Shown: one piece after another, positions 28,495-42,250 of the stretch | Layout of the letters: the number at the start of each line of letters is the position of its first letter | Numbering within the stretch: position 1 is the stretch's first letter | Assembly: GCA_964016885.1 (NCBI GenBank) | Contig: OZ024743.1 | Location: 155,434,001-155,498,000 of the forward strand | Direction of reading: 5' to 3' | Length of the DNA stretch: 64,000 bases | Origin: Eledone cirrhosa | Taxonomy: Eukaryota | Notes under the pieces: model-generated | Databases searched by the model: none | Seen by the model: only the letters and a program-made list of their open reading frames with translations | Told to the model about the DNA's origin: nothing | Position numbers and translations under genes: made by a program

Positions 28495-30711
28495 ATACTC
28501 TTTATATATATATATATATATGACGGTGTTAAAGTTTTCTTGAAGCATTGTGAAATGTGTAAAATACGTAGTTTAGAAAGCCACAACAATGCAGATGGGA
28601 AATCTCAAGTAGGAACTGAATGATAGATAGGAGTAATAGGAGAAAGTGAAAATTGAGAGAGACAAAGATGAAAACAAAACAAAGGTAGAAGGGTTACCGT
28701 AGTGGAGATTTAATCCCCATATTTCGGGCTCACGCCCATCAACGGGGGAAAGTTCCAAAAAGGGGGGGAACAGGCTAAGCCGGAGAAAGTTGTGATGTCG
28801 TTAAAACAGGAATGCCGTTAAGGGGAGAATATTTAAATGAGGGAAAGAATGCGCGTGCGCGTGATAGGCTGTGGCAAAAGCTACTGACCAAATGGGTTAA
28901 ATCAAGAGGGTGGGCTAGCGTGTGAAAGCCGTAAAAAATGTGTGTGTAAATATATATGTGTGTGTAACTGTGTGTGTATATGTGTAACTGTGTATATGTG
29001 TGAGTGTTAGTGTGTGTGTGAAAGATAGTGGGCTGTAGAAGCTGGAAATCAAAGGGTGTGAAAGGTGGTAGATTGTAAAAGATGTGTGCGTGTATAAATA
29101 TAGATGTGTGTGTGTATGCGTATGGGTATATATGTGTGTGTAACTGTGTGTGTATATGTGTAAGTGTGTATATGTGTGAGTGCGTGTGTGTGTGAAAGAT
29201 AGTGGGCTGTAGAAGCTGGAAATCAAAGGGTGTGAAAGGTGGTAGGTTGTAAAAACATGTGTGCGTGTATAAATATAGATGTGTGTGTGTATGCGTATGG
29301 GTATGCATATACGTGCGTGTGTGTGAAAATAGCAGGCCGTAAGGGCTGTGAATGGTCACTATGGTTAATTTAGCCATGTCAGCTCATTTCTCTCAGCCCG
29401 GTTGTTAAGTGGGGGTCTGAGGTTCTTAATAACAAGTGCTTCCTTTATCCTTAAGGATCCGATGCTGCGTTCAGTCGCTAGGACTATGACCAAGGGTCTA
29501 CCCTGTGGGTTTCCGCATTTAAGGATGTGTTTACGGAAGGAAGATGCGTTGGTGTTGATATGTTCCTTGATACGAACATGTAGGGGTCGGATGGTGCTAC
29601 CTATGTAAAACTTGTTACATTTATCGCATTAAATCTTATATACGACATAGATGCGTAGGCAATCTGCCCCCCGTATCGGGCAGTTGCTGAGGGAACACGT
29701 CCCATCTGACTCGTCGGGTTTGTTGGAGAGGCATCTTCGCAGCGAAGGTCCTGTGTGGGCCAAATGTATGTCAAGTCCCTCCGTCCATATGGCCCTGCGG
29801 ATGGCGTTCGTGGTATATTCACTCAGGTGGGCGATTTTAAAGAAGCACCTGCTTTTATTTAAGTTTCTAGTGGGTGTCTGTCTATTGGGTCTGGGGTCTC
29901 TAATTCCGTTAATAAGTCGCTTGGGATATCCATTAGACTTGAGTAGATTAAGGAAGTGCGTGGTATGGGTGAGACACCCATCGGGTCGCTGCATCTGTTA
30001 GTGATCCGTGTCAACCTACCACCTTTCACACCCTTTGATTTCCAGCTTCTACAGCCCACTATATTTCACACACACACGCAGTCACACATATACACACTTA
30101 CACATATACACACACAGTTACACACACCTATATACCCATATGCATACACACACACATCTATATTTATACACGCACACATGTTTTACAACCTACCACCTTT
30201 CACACCCTTTGATTTCCAGCTTCTACAGCATACTATCTTTCACACACACACACACTCACACATATACACAATTACACATATACACACGCAGTTACATACA
30301 CATATATGTTTACACACACATATTTCACGGCTTTCACACGCTAGCGCACCATCTTGATTTGACCCATTTGGTCAGTAGCTTTTGCCACAGCTTATCACGC
30401 GCACGCGCATTCTTTCCCTTATTTAAATGTTCTCCCCATAACGGCATTCCTGTTTTAACGACATCACAACTTTCTCCGGCTTAGCCTGTTCCCTCCCTTT
30501 GTGGAACTTTCCCCCTTTGATGGGCGTGAGCCCGAAATATTGGGATTAAATCTCCACTACGGTAACCCTTCTACCTTTGTTTTGTTTTCATCTTTGTCTC
30601 TCTCAATTTTCACTTTCTACTATTTCTCCTATCTATCATTCACCTCATACGTTGAGATTTCCCATCTGCATTGTTGTAGCTTTCTAAACTACGTATTTTA
30701 CACATTTCACA

Positions 30712-32561
30712 ATGCTTCAAGCAAACTTTAACACCCTCTTATCATTACACCTGAGCCAGGACTTGTTTGCACCCATAAGGGACCTATTCAGACTATCGGA
30801 GAATGGTGCCGAACTCGGTTGCCAAATTACCTTCTTAAAACGCTGCCTAAAGAACAACATCATTCCAACCACCATCAGGAATATACATCTAGCCGAATGT
30901 TTACGATCACCATCCTTCGAAACACCATCCGCCACATTCAACGCACGTTTATCAAGAAAATACTACGACACAACCACCACCAACTACGACTCCATATACA
31001 AACGTTTTCCGAGCACATAGATCGTATAGCTCCAACCCTCACCCCTGACCACCAGGTCCAGGAAATACGCAAAGCTATCGATCAGTGTTACCACACCAGA
31101 GTCAAATACGATAAACAGAGCCTTATACGGAAATACGAATGGAATGTAAACAAATACTACAATGACAACGTTGTCTCTAGCGTGGAGGGCCCACTCTACA
31201 AAATATCATGGCTGCTCTCCACACTACTGAAACCCATTCTACACACACTACCAGCCCACGTCTGCAGCTCAAATGAGTTCTTGGAGCGACTACACCATCT
31301 GGCGCCCAACACCAGAAAGGACAACGGTTATGCCTTCAGTCTTGATGTGGTCGCCCTTTATACCTCAGTACCAGCATCCCCAGCCGTCGACCTGTTGACC
31401 GAACGAGTCCGAGCATCTAACTTACACTGCTTCAGACTCACACACACGGACATCCATCAACTCCTCACCTTCGTTGTGGATAATGCACTCTTCAATTTCC
31501 TCGGCCACACGTACAAACAAATCTCTGGACTACCTATGGGCTCTAGTCTGTCCGGCATACTTGCGATCTCGTACATGGACCACCTGGAACGCAAGGCACT
31601 CAATACCTGCCAACCCAACGCCGTCGCCTTCTACTCCATATACGTTGATGACATCCTGGTACTTACTTCTTCCCGGGTGATGGCGAATGAAATTCACCAA
31701 ATCTTCAACGATACTGACCATCACGTCGATTTCACCATCGAACACCCAGGAGAAGACGGGTCACTCGCCCTCCTCGACTTCCGTATCAACATCTCGGAAG
31801 AAGGAGACATAAACACCACCTTCTACCGCAAAGCAGCGTGCAAGGACTTATTTGTGCATTACAACTCAGCCCTCCCCAACAACGCTAAGAGAGGCTATGT
31901 CCTAAATGAACTGACACGGATCACTAAAAGATGCAGCGACCGGATGGGTGGTCTCACCCATACCACGCAATTCCTTAATCTACTCAAGTCTAATGGATAT
32001 CCCAAGCGACTGATTAACGGAATTAGAGACCCCAGACCCAATAGACAGACACCCACTAGAAACTTAAATAAAAGCAGGTGCTTCTTTAAAATCCCCCACC
32101 TGAGTGAATATACCACGAACGCCATCCGCAGGGCCATAAGGACGGAGGGACTTGACATACATTTGGCCCACACAGGACCTTCGCTGCGAAGATGCCTCTC
32201 CAACAAACCCGACGAGTCAGCTGGGACGTGTTCCCTCAGAAACTGCCCGATACGGGGGGCAGATTCCATACGCACCTATTTCGTATCTAAGATTCAAAGC
32301 GATAAATGTAACAAGTTTTACATAGGTAGCACCATCCGACCCCTACATGTTCGTATCAAGGAACATATCAACACCAACGCATCTTCCTTCCGTAAACACA
32401 TCCTTAAATGCGGAAACCCACAGGGTAGACCCTTGGTCACAGTCCTAGCGACTGAACGCAGCATCAGATCCTTAAGGATAAAGGAAGCACTTGTTATTAA
32501 GAACCTCAGACCCCCACTTAACAACCGGGCTGAGAGAAATGAGCTGACATGGCTAATTTAA
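30712..32561 (+). pseudogene. PLE RT-GIY-YIG ORF with a frameshift near 30920 and an in-frame internal deletion
   Basis: The 580-aa frame has GLPMGSSLSG, IYVDDIL and GIY-YIG, but jumps YYNDN to VVSSVEG, lacking the LPSDKG/KTHK/IRPIV region. Confidence 0.88.
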
Positions 32562-32999
32562 CCATAGTGACCATTCACAACCCTTACGGACTGCTATTTT
32601 CACACACACGCACGTATATGCATACCCATACGCATACACACACACATCTATATTTATACACGCACACATGTTTTACAACCTACCACCTTTCACACCCTTT
32701 GATTTCCAGCTTCTACAGCCCACTATCTTTCACACACACACACACTCACACATATACACACTTACACATATACACACACAGTTACACACACATATATATT
32801 TACACACACATATTTTACGGCTTTCACACGCTAGCGCACCATCTTGATTTAACCCATTTGGTCAGTAGCTTTTGCCACAGCCTATCACGCGCACGCGCAT
32901 TCTTTCCCTCATTTAAATGTTCTCCCCTTAACGGCATTCCTGTTTTAACGACATCACAACTTTCTCCGGCTTAGCCTGTTCCCCCCCTTTTTGGAACTT

Positions 33000-33035
33000 T
33001 CCCCCGTTGATGGGCGTGAGCCCGAAATATTGGGA
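33000..33035 (+). ncRNA. Atypical minimal hammerhead-like motif of the family A pLTR (also at 5718-5752-, 9157-9192-, 10683-10718+, 28714-28749-, 30510-30545+, 36488-36523+)
   Basis: TCCC-CCGTTGA-T-GGGC(GTGA)GCCC-GAAA-TA-TT-GGGA. Hammerhead topology with non-canonical core CCGUUGA and palindromic AAUAUU. Confidence 0.55.
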
Positions 33036-33201
33036 TTAAATCTCCACTACGGTAACCCTTCTACATTTGTTTTGTTTTCATCTTTATCTCTCTCAATTTT
33101 CACTTTCTCCTATTTCTCCTATCAATCATTCACTTCCTACGTTGAGATTTCCCATCTGCATTGTTGTGGCTTTCTAAACTACGTATTTTACACATTTCAC
33201 A

Positions 33202-35867
33202 ATGCTTTAAGCAAACTTTAACACCCTCTTATCATTTCACCTGAGCCAGGACTTGTTTGCACCCATAAGGGACCTATTCAGACTATCGGAGAATGGTGCC
33301 AAACTCGGTTGCCAAATTACCTTCTTAAAACGCTGCCTAAAGAACAACATCATTCCAACCACCATCAGGAATATACATCTACCCGAATGTTTACGATCAC
33401 CATCCTTCGAAAACACCATCCGCCACATTCAACGCACTTTTATCAAGAAAATACTACGACACAACCACCACCAACTGCGACTCCATATACAAACGCTTTC
33501 CGAGCACATAGATCGTATAGCTCCAACCCTCACCCCTGACCACCAGGTCCAGGAAATACGCAAAGCTATCGATCAGTGTTACCACACCAGAGTCAAATAC
33601 GATAAACAGCGCTTAATACGGAAATACGAATTGACTGTAAACAAATACTACAATGACAACATCCGCTGCCACAGACGGACCGACTACAACCACACCAGGG
33701 GCAACATCTATACAACACCCTCCGCTACACTCCCAACAGCGATCTACCTACCAACGATGCTTCACACCTCGTTACCGACCTAACCGGTACCCTCACCAAC
33801 GACGAACCCGAACTTCTGCGCCTCGGACCCAAGTTCATCATTACACAGCGTCTCGATGATAGACTGAAACTCGACATCGAAACCAACTTCTGTCGGACAG
33901 CATATCAACTGAAATGGCTAACCGCCATCCAAAACAACACCGAGATCGATTGCACCCCACCCCCCCCCCCCCCGCACTCCCCACGTACCACCTCGACAAC
34001 CCAACCCCCCACCCACCACCTGGACAACCCACTCCCCCCACCCACCAACCACGAACTTGACACTAAACTACTCAGGTTGAAACATTCTATCTCTAACATC
34101 CTTTCCCAACACACACACACACACAATAAACGCAACCTCACCAATGCACAATTTAATAATCTCACCAACCTAAGATCCAGGAACCTTGTGTACCTTCCCT
34201 CTGACAAGGGGAAATAATTCTGTGTCATCTCGAGAGAGACCTACAACAACTTAGCTCTCCAACATCTTAATGACGACAGCCTCTACTCGAAAGTCACAGG
34301 GACCTCCTCGACTCTAATCGAGGAAGGCATTAACACCATATGGACTAACATCTGCGTCCAACGAAAACTGCCAAGGAAGGTAAAAAAACAACATAATGAC
34401 TCGAAACAGCAAACTACCCACCTTCTACCACCTGGTTAAAACACATAAACAAGGACCCGATTTGAAAATCAGGCCCATTGTCTCTAGCGTGGAGGGCCCA
34501 CTCTACAAAATATCATGGCTGCTCTCCACACTACTGAAACCCATTCTACACACACTACCAGCCCACGTCTGCAGCTCAAATGAGTTCTTGGAGCGACTAC
34601 ACCATCTGGCGCCCAACACCAGAAAGGACAACGGTTATGCCTTCAGTCTTGATGTGGTCGCCCTTTATACCTCAGTACCAGCATCCCCAGCCGTCGACCT
34701 GTTGACCGAACGAGTCCGAGTATCTAACTTACACAGCTTCGAACTCACACACACGGGCATCCATCAACTCCTCTCCTTCGTTGTGGATAATGCACTCTTC
34801 AATTTCCTCGGCCACACGTACAAACAAATCTCTGGACTACCTATGGGCTCTAGTCTGTCCGGCATACTTGCGATCTCGTACATGGACCACCTGGAACGCA
34901 AGGCACTCAATACCTGCCAACCCACGCCGTCACCTTCTACTCCAGATACGTTGATGACATCCTGATACTTACTTCTTCCCGGGAGATGGCGAATGAAATT
35001 CACCAAATCTTCAACGATACTGACCATCACGTCGATTTCACCATCGAACACCCAGGAGAAGACGGGTCACTCGCCCTCCTCGACTTCCGTATCAACATCT
35101 CGGAAGAAGGAGACATAAACACCACCTTCTACCGCAAAGCAGCGTGCAAGGACTTATTTGTGCATTACAACTCAGCCCTCCCCAACAACGCTAAGAGAGG
35201 CTATGTCCTAAATGAACTGACACGGATCACTAACAGATGCAGCGACCCGATGGGTGGTTTCACCCATACTACGCAATTTCTTAATCTACTCAAGTCTAAT
35301 GGATATCCCAAGCGACTGATTAACGGAATTAGAGACCCCAGACCCAATAGACAGACACCCACTAGAAACTTAAATAAAAGCAGGTGCTTCTTTAAAATCC
35401 CCCACCTGAGTGAATATACCACGAACGCCATCCGCAGGGCCATACGGACGGAGGGACTTGACATACATTTGGCCCACACAGGACCTTCGCTGCGAAGATG
35501 CCTCTCCAACAAACCCGACGAGTCAGATGGGACGTGTTCCCTCAGAAACTGCCCGATACGGGGAGCAGATTGCCTTCGTACCTATGTCGTATCTAAGATT
35601 CAATGCGATAAATGTAACAAGTTTTACATAGGTAGCACCATCCGACCCCTACATGTCCGTATCAAGGAACATATCAACACCAACGCATCTCCCTTCCGTA
35701 AACACATCCTTAAATGCGGAAACCCACAGGGTAGACCCTTGGTCACAGTCCTAGCGACTGAACGCAGCATCGGATCCTTAAGGATAAAGGAAGCACTTGT
35801 TATTAAGAACCTCAGACCCCCACTTAACAACCGGGCTGAGAGAAATGAGCTGACATGGCTAATTTAA
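33202..35867 (+). pseudogene. Full-length PLE RT-GIY-YIG ORF with several frameshifts/stops
   Basis: ORF pieces 33253-33783, 34396-34965 and 34986-35867 are colinear with 6349-8990. Confidence 0.9.
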
Positions 35868-36671
35868 CCATAGTGACCATTCACAGCCCTTACGGCCTGC
35901 TATTTTTCACACACACGCACGTATATGCATACCCATACGCATACACACACACATCTATATTTATACACGCACACATGTTTTTACAACCTACCACCTTTCA
36001 CACCCTTTGATTTCCAGCTTCTACAGCCCACTATCTTTCACACACACACGCACTCACACATATACACACTTACACATATACACACACAGTTACACACACA
36101 TATATACCCATACGCATACACACACACATCTATATTTATACACGCACACATGTTTTACAACCTACCACCTTTCACACCCTTTGATTTCCAGCTTCTACAG
36201 CCCACTATCTTTCACACACACACACACACTCACACATATACACACTTACACATATACACACACAGTTATACACAGATATATATTTACACACACATATTTT
36301 ACGGCTTTCACACGCTAGCGCACCCTCTTGATTTAACCCATTTGATCAGTAGCTTTTGCCACAGCCTATCACGCGCACGCGCATTCTTTCCCTCATTTAA
36401 ATGTTCTCCCCATAACGGCATTCCTGTTTTAACGACATCAAAACTTTCTCCGGCTTAGCCTGTCCCCCCCCCCCCTTTTTGGAACTTTTCCCCGTTAATG
36501 GGCGCGAGCCCGAAATATTGGGATTAAATCTCCATCACGGTAACCCTTCTACCTTTGTTTTGTTTTTATCTTTGTCTCTCTCAATTTTCACTTTCTCCTA
36601 TTTCTCCTATCTATCATTCACTTCCTACCTTGAGATTTCCCATCTACATTGTTGTGGCTTTCTAAACTACG

Positions 36672-36742
<71 letters not shown>

Positions 36743-36748
36743 TATATG

Positions 36749-36813
<65 letters not shown>

Positions 36814-36819
<6 letters not shown>

Positions 36820-37183
36820 GATGTTAATATATGGAAACTATATTTATAAAACCATATTTATTTCATTATACATATTTCAGGGATACTATATTAAATGATG
36901 GTATGCCTTCATCAGACAAAATACAATATATAACATTTTTACAAATAGCTTTGACGTACACTTTTAAAATACAACCATTACTTTTGGAGGCTGTCTGGAC
37001 AGACACCCTCCAAAAGTAATGGTTGTATTTTAAAAGGGTACGTCAAAGCTATTTGTAAAAATGTTATATATTGTATTTTGTCTGATGAAGGCATACCATC
37101 ATTTAATATAGTATCCCTGAAATATGTATAATGAAATAAATATGGTTTTATAAATATAGTTTCCATTTATTAATATCGTATAT
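36814..37183. repeat. Near-perfect ~370-bp palindrome (arms ~183 bp, 4-nt loop GGAC at 36997-37000) with a hammerhead-like motif in each arm
   Basis: Mirror ORFs 36831-37019+ and 36978-37166-. CTGATGA-AGGCATAC...GTATCCCT-GAAATATGTA at 37082-37128, mirrored at ~36869-36915. Confidence 0.9.
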
Positions 37184-37266
37184 CTACTCCCAAAACTTGT
37201 CGAGTGCTTTATATCAGTTATAAAAATATTTACTTGGTGTATCCCAACAACATTAAATAGAACTTT

Positions 37267-37326
<60 letters not shown>

Positions 37327-37671
37327 TAAGAGGAATTCCAACTGTGTCTGATTTACTCGTATTATTTACAATCCTTTAAAATGTATAATGGTATTCTCAT
37401 GAAATAGTATAATAGAATATTAAATGTTAAGTGTTTATTGAACAAGTACTTTCATGCTTTCGCAATCTTCAGGTTCATAATGTGTGGTGTCAGTCAAGTT
37501 TGCAATTTTCAACTGTCTAATATACACACATTTCTCTTTATTAGATATATATCTTTATTTATTTATATATATATAGCAGAAAAACTAGCGGTTTTCTGCT
37601 AGCATATGTAGTGTCGATATTGGCATTATACACAAATATAGATATATGTAAATTGAAAAGTAAATTGACAA

Positions 37672-38295
37672 TATCTTCTTCTTCGCCCACTTATTTCTGA
37701 GAGGGTCGTGGGGGCAGAATCCTCAAACACTCCTTCCAGCGAGTCTGTCAGTAGCAAACATCTCTAACTGATCCAGCTGGATCCCAAGCTCATGGATGTT
37801 ATCCAACTTTCTTCGTCAGAGTCTACCTCTGGGTAATTTTCCGGTTGGCTTTGCCTGTAAAATGCATCTAGCGATTCTTTACTGAGACATTCTAACCACA
37901 TGCTCAACATATCGAAGTTGTGATCTCTCAATTCGGAGAAGTAGCTGCTCTACCTGGAGTGACTCTCTGGTCTCTAAGCTATGCAATTTATCAAGTAACA
38001 TTACTGCCGATTTTATTTGCAATTGTATTCTTTTGATCATAACTCAAGATTCATGATCCTCGGTATGAATTGGCAGGAATACCAAGAACACTTTTAAACC
38101 TACCCGCTTCTTCTGATTGCTGAATGCTGAGGCTGGTGCATTACCGCATCAGCTTTTGCAATTCTTGCACTTAATTCACCCTCCTGCATTTCAACACTTA
38201 TGAACACGGCTCCAAGATACTTGAACTTCTCTAGCTGCTTCAGTAGAACTCCATTCACATGTATATACATTTGAGGGACTTCTGTCCAGCCGTCC
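37672..38295 (-). mobile_element. RTE-like LINE 3' remnant
   Basis: VNGVLLKQLEKFKYLGAVF...ELSARIAKA and SQLRYVEHVVRMSQ*RIARCILQAKPTGKLPRGR. Short (GAA)n tail at ~37675. Confidence 0.75.
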
Positions 38296-38489
38296 ATCAC
38301 ACAATGTGTATGTGTGTTTCTGTGAATGTATGTATGGGTAAAGGCAAAGAAAGCGATACATACATATATATATCTAACTTAAAAAAAGTGACACACAGAT
38401 AGAGACACACACACAGACATGTCTCTAATTTAAGAACGCCGACAGAATCATGCGCGTGTATTTACACACACTGTCCTAGTAACACTTTG

Positions 38490-39150
38490 GGCCGTGAAAA
38501 CAATCCCCACAACTTTGGAACCGTCTGGGTAGTCCCGAATTGATGGGGAAAGGCTTCACCAACTTTCCCTGTGCTCCTGGTCAAGGGGAATGTGTCTTAC
38601 AGTTAGTGACTCCTTTGCTTCTTCTCACATCCTCCATGCAGCGGTAAGGGCGAGAACGACAGCATCCGCAGCTGAACAGAACAAAATCCTAAAATACCGT
38701 GTTCTGTCAGCTAACTACATTATCCAGCCTTTGGTGTTCGAGACGTTTGTGGGAATCGGGCTACTGACAGCGAGCTTCTTAACTTCACTGGCGGCTCGCC
38801 AAACAGAGGTAACTGGTGATACTCGTGAGCGCACTTGGTTGTTCCAGCACCTCAGCCTCGCCATCACCCCAGCCAACGCGGCGAGCCTGCTGGCTTGCCT
38901 TAAAAACTATTAGAGAGGTTTCCCAGTGCACCTCTCTGTATTGTTATCTTTTGCTCTTTTAGCGTCTCGTTTTTACTACTATTTCGCCTGCTTATTGTTT
39001 TATGTGGTCTTAGATTTGTGTATGACGTGCTTGTGTATTTTTATGTTTCGTTTTTCCTTTCTTTTTCCTTTGTATATATTATATTTGTAAGTGTTTTCGT
39101 TCTGTAACAATTATATTAATTGTTTTATACAAATGAGTTTAAAAAAAAAG
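38490..39150 (+). mobile_element. CRE-like (restriction-like endonuclease) non-LTR retrotransposon 3' remnant
   Basis: EPSG*SRIDGER..., VSDSFASSHI, AAEQNKILKY, QPLVFETF, ERTWLFQHLSLAITPANAASLL. T-rich 3' UTR and poly(A) at 39141. Confidence 0.65.
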
Positions 39151-39163
39151 AGTTAAACTGCGT

Positions 39164-39352
39164 TCGGTGGATTGGCAGTATCGGTAGAGGGTCGGACGCC
39201 ATGCTTTCCAGCATAGTTACGTCCCTTTACGATCTGAGTTCAAATCCCGCCGAGGTTGACTTTGCCTTTCATCCTTACGGGGTCGATAAAATAAAGTACC
39301 AGTAATGCACTGGATAATTGCTGGCCTTGTGCCTAAAGTAGAAACAGTTATT
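39164..39352 (+). mobile_element. tRNA-head SINE, full length
   Basis: TGGCAGTATCGG A box, GAGTTCAAATCC B box, core and tail. A 5'-truncated copy lies at ~39839-39960. Confidence 0.88.
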
Positions 39353-40037
39353 ATTAAATAAATAAAACGTTATACTTGTTTTACCCTCCCATTCCCAATT
39401 CACCAAACGCTATCATGACTATATGTGTGTGTTTGTGTAAATATACATGTGTGGATGTTTGTTTGTGAAAATATATGTGTGAAAATATGTGTATTTGTGA
39501 GCGTTTACTTTTACAACTTTGTGTTTGCGCGATTATAGTTATATACTCATAATAGTTATATGCTCAGACATATAGATGTATGTATATAGCACATACACAC
39601 ACATACGACTCAGCGTGTAGAAAATCATAATCACTCTATCTCTATCTCTCTCATAACACACCCTCTCTTTCTATAAATATGGTAGTTGAAGTGGTGGCGG
39701 CGGCGATATACCGGAAGTGTAGACATTTGAAACTTTGAAAAAAAGTCAATTTTAAATAACCAATTAAATTTAATCAAAAATTACGAAATTTAACACATAC
39801 ATGTAATATTCACTCATTATTTATTCAAATGTATTCAAAGTTACGTCCCTTTACGGTCTGATTTGAAATCCCGTCGAGGTTAACTTTGCCTTTCATCCTT
39901 CTGAGTTCGATAAAATAAAGAACCAATAATACACTAGTGCCAAAATTAGAAACAATTATTTATTCAAATTAATCCAATTTATTTTACTAACTGGATTAAA
40001 AATTAAACCGTACGCAGTCCCGCACTCTTATTTTATT

Positions 40038-40083
<46 letters not shown>

Positions 40084-40772
40084 ATATATATAAGCAAGTA
40101 GTTCACCAAGAATAATATAAACATCGTCGAGAAAAGGATATTAGGAATGTATTTGGTTTAACAGGTGTCCGTGTCTATTTATTTGTCTACATATACTCAC
40201 TACAATATATATTATTCAATAATATGCAATACTTAATTATTTATCACACTTCTTCAGAAAGCTTATGATTAAGCGGTAGAAATGAGGAATGAGAAGTTCT
40301 CTATATTAATGGTATTTGGGTTCAAGTAATTATAAATTAATCAAAATGACATAAAAATATATTAAAATACAGTAAGTCAGTGTGATAATAAAGAGAACTG
40401 GGAGGGGAGTGAATGGGCGTAAAACATGTTACATTATCAATCTCTGTGTTATGATGTGGAACAATTATTCTTGGACCTTTGGTATGGGTGAAGGTTTTGA
40501 TGTTTACTATATATGGCCGAGGGGGTTGAGAAGGTATAACGAGGACAGAAAGGGGACGTAGAAGTTAAGAGTAGGATAGAAGGTGTAGGGAGGAAATGAA
40601 TTAAGAAATTGAGATTCTTTTTAAGATTACTGAATTCATTTAAAGATTAAATGCCACAGGAAATGTACTAAATAGGATGTAGTAAAATATAGGTATTAGG
40701 GATCGAATCTTGTTCTAGTACCAGTTTGTATTTAGCGTATGTTTTTGGAACGATATGTTTGCAAGTAAATTC

Positions 40773-41067
<295 letters not shown>

Positions 41068-41275
41068 ATTTATTTATTTATATATATATGTGTGTGTGTG
41101 TATAATTACGCTAGATATTGGTGAAATTTAATTCAAGAACTCTACGTGTTTCTTCTTGGGTATATAGAGAATGAATGTGCTTGCATTTGTGTCTTTTATA
41201 TTGATAATCTCACAGATTTTTGTCAGTGTTTGCGAACCTGTTTGTTCGTATGTTTGTGTGCTTATGTGTCTTCAT

Positions 41276-42250
41276 ATGAGTGTCCGCTGAAAAGTTCATA
41301 AGTTGATGAAGATACTCTCATATGTTTTAATAAAATCAGGATTATTTTTCAAACCTCAACCATCGGCGTTGAAGTGCTTGGATCCTATTGGTAAAAAAGC
41401 CATCGACAGCAGATATGACATCATCGTCATTGTGATACTTGTTCCCAGCCAATGGTTGCTTTCATGTTGGGGAACAGGTGATAGTCAGTTGCAGCCAAAT
41501 CAGAATAAGGTAAGTGATGAACCAGTTCAAAGCCTCAGTCACGCACACCAGCTATTGGAACAAAGGAATTGTCTGCTGGAGCATTGTCCCCAGGAAACAA
41601 GACGCCATTCGTCAATACTCCTTGGTGTTTGTTCTTGATCCTCTTTCGTAACAGCATCAGTAAGTTGGCATAGTACTTTCCATTGACGGTGTTGCCAATA
41701 ACACAATGCATTTGGCATCTGAGAAAACTGAAGCCATCACCTTCCTGCAGATGAAACGGCATTGAGGAGAAGTGTTTTCGCTGCATGGATTGTCTCTTTG
41801 TCTCTTTCTTTCCTGGTTTTCGGAAACGTTCTAGTAAAACCAGCTGGATATGCTTGAAATAATATTAGATGTTACTGTAACATGAACAAAAATGGTGCTC
41901 TTTTGATTAGGTGTCACCGAGTAGAAACCTTCATTATGCCAAGATAAATAAGCAGACTATTCACAATTCTCCCACGAGATATGATAATAACATTGGATAT
42001 GTATGCAATTTGTAATCAAACATCTGTAATCCATCATCATGTGGTGAACATAATCAATGTTATTCTCGTTGGTAGCAGTTGCATTTCATCCAGATCTTGG
42101 GCCATCTTCGATACTCTCCCTTCCCTCATAAATTCAGCTGCCCACTTCTGCACTGTTTATAAACCTGGAGTTTCGTGCCTTAATGTAGCAAACATTTCAG
42201 TATGAATGACATTGTGAGCTAAACCTTTTCCTGTTGGTATTTGATAAAAC
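41276..42250 (-). mobile_element. Tc1/mariner transposon remnant
   Basis: TVNGKYYANLL..LRKRIKNK.QGVLTNGVLFPGDNAPA (mariner HQDNAPAH region) and ESIEDGPRSG (HTH linker). TIR-like TATGAGTGTCCGCTGAAAAGTTC at 41276. Confidence 0.75.

Larger units (their letters stand above)
28523..36678 (+). mobile_element. Composite Penelope-like element, family A, locus 2: inverted partial copy (28523-30010, minus) + pLTR-ORF(deleted)-pLTR-ORF-pLTR tandem (plus)
   Basis: pLTRs at ~30010-30711, ~32562-33201 and ~35868-36678. ORFs at 30712-32561 and 33202-35867. Both outer ends abut (TA)n. Confidence 0.93.
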
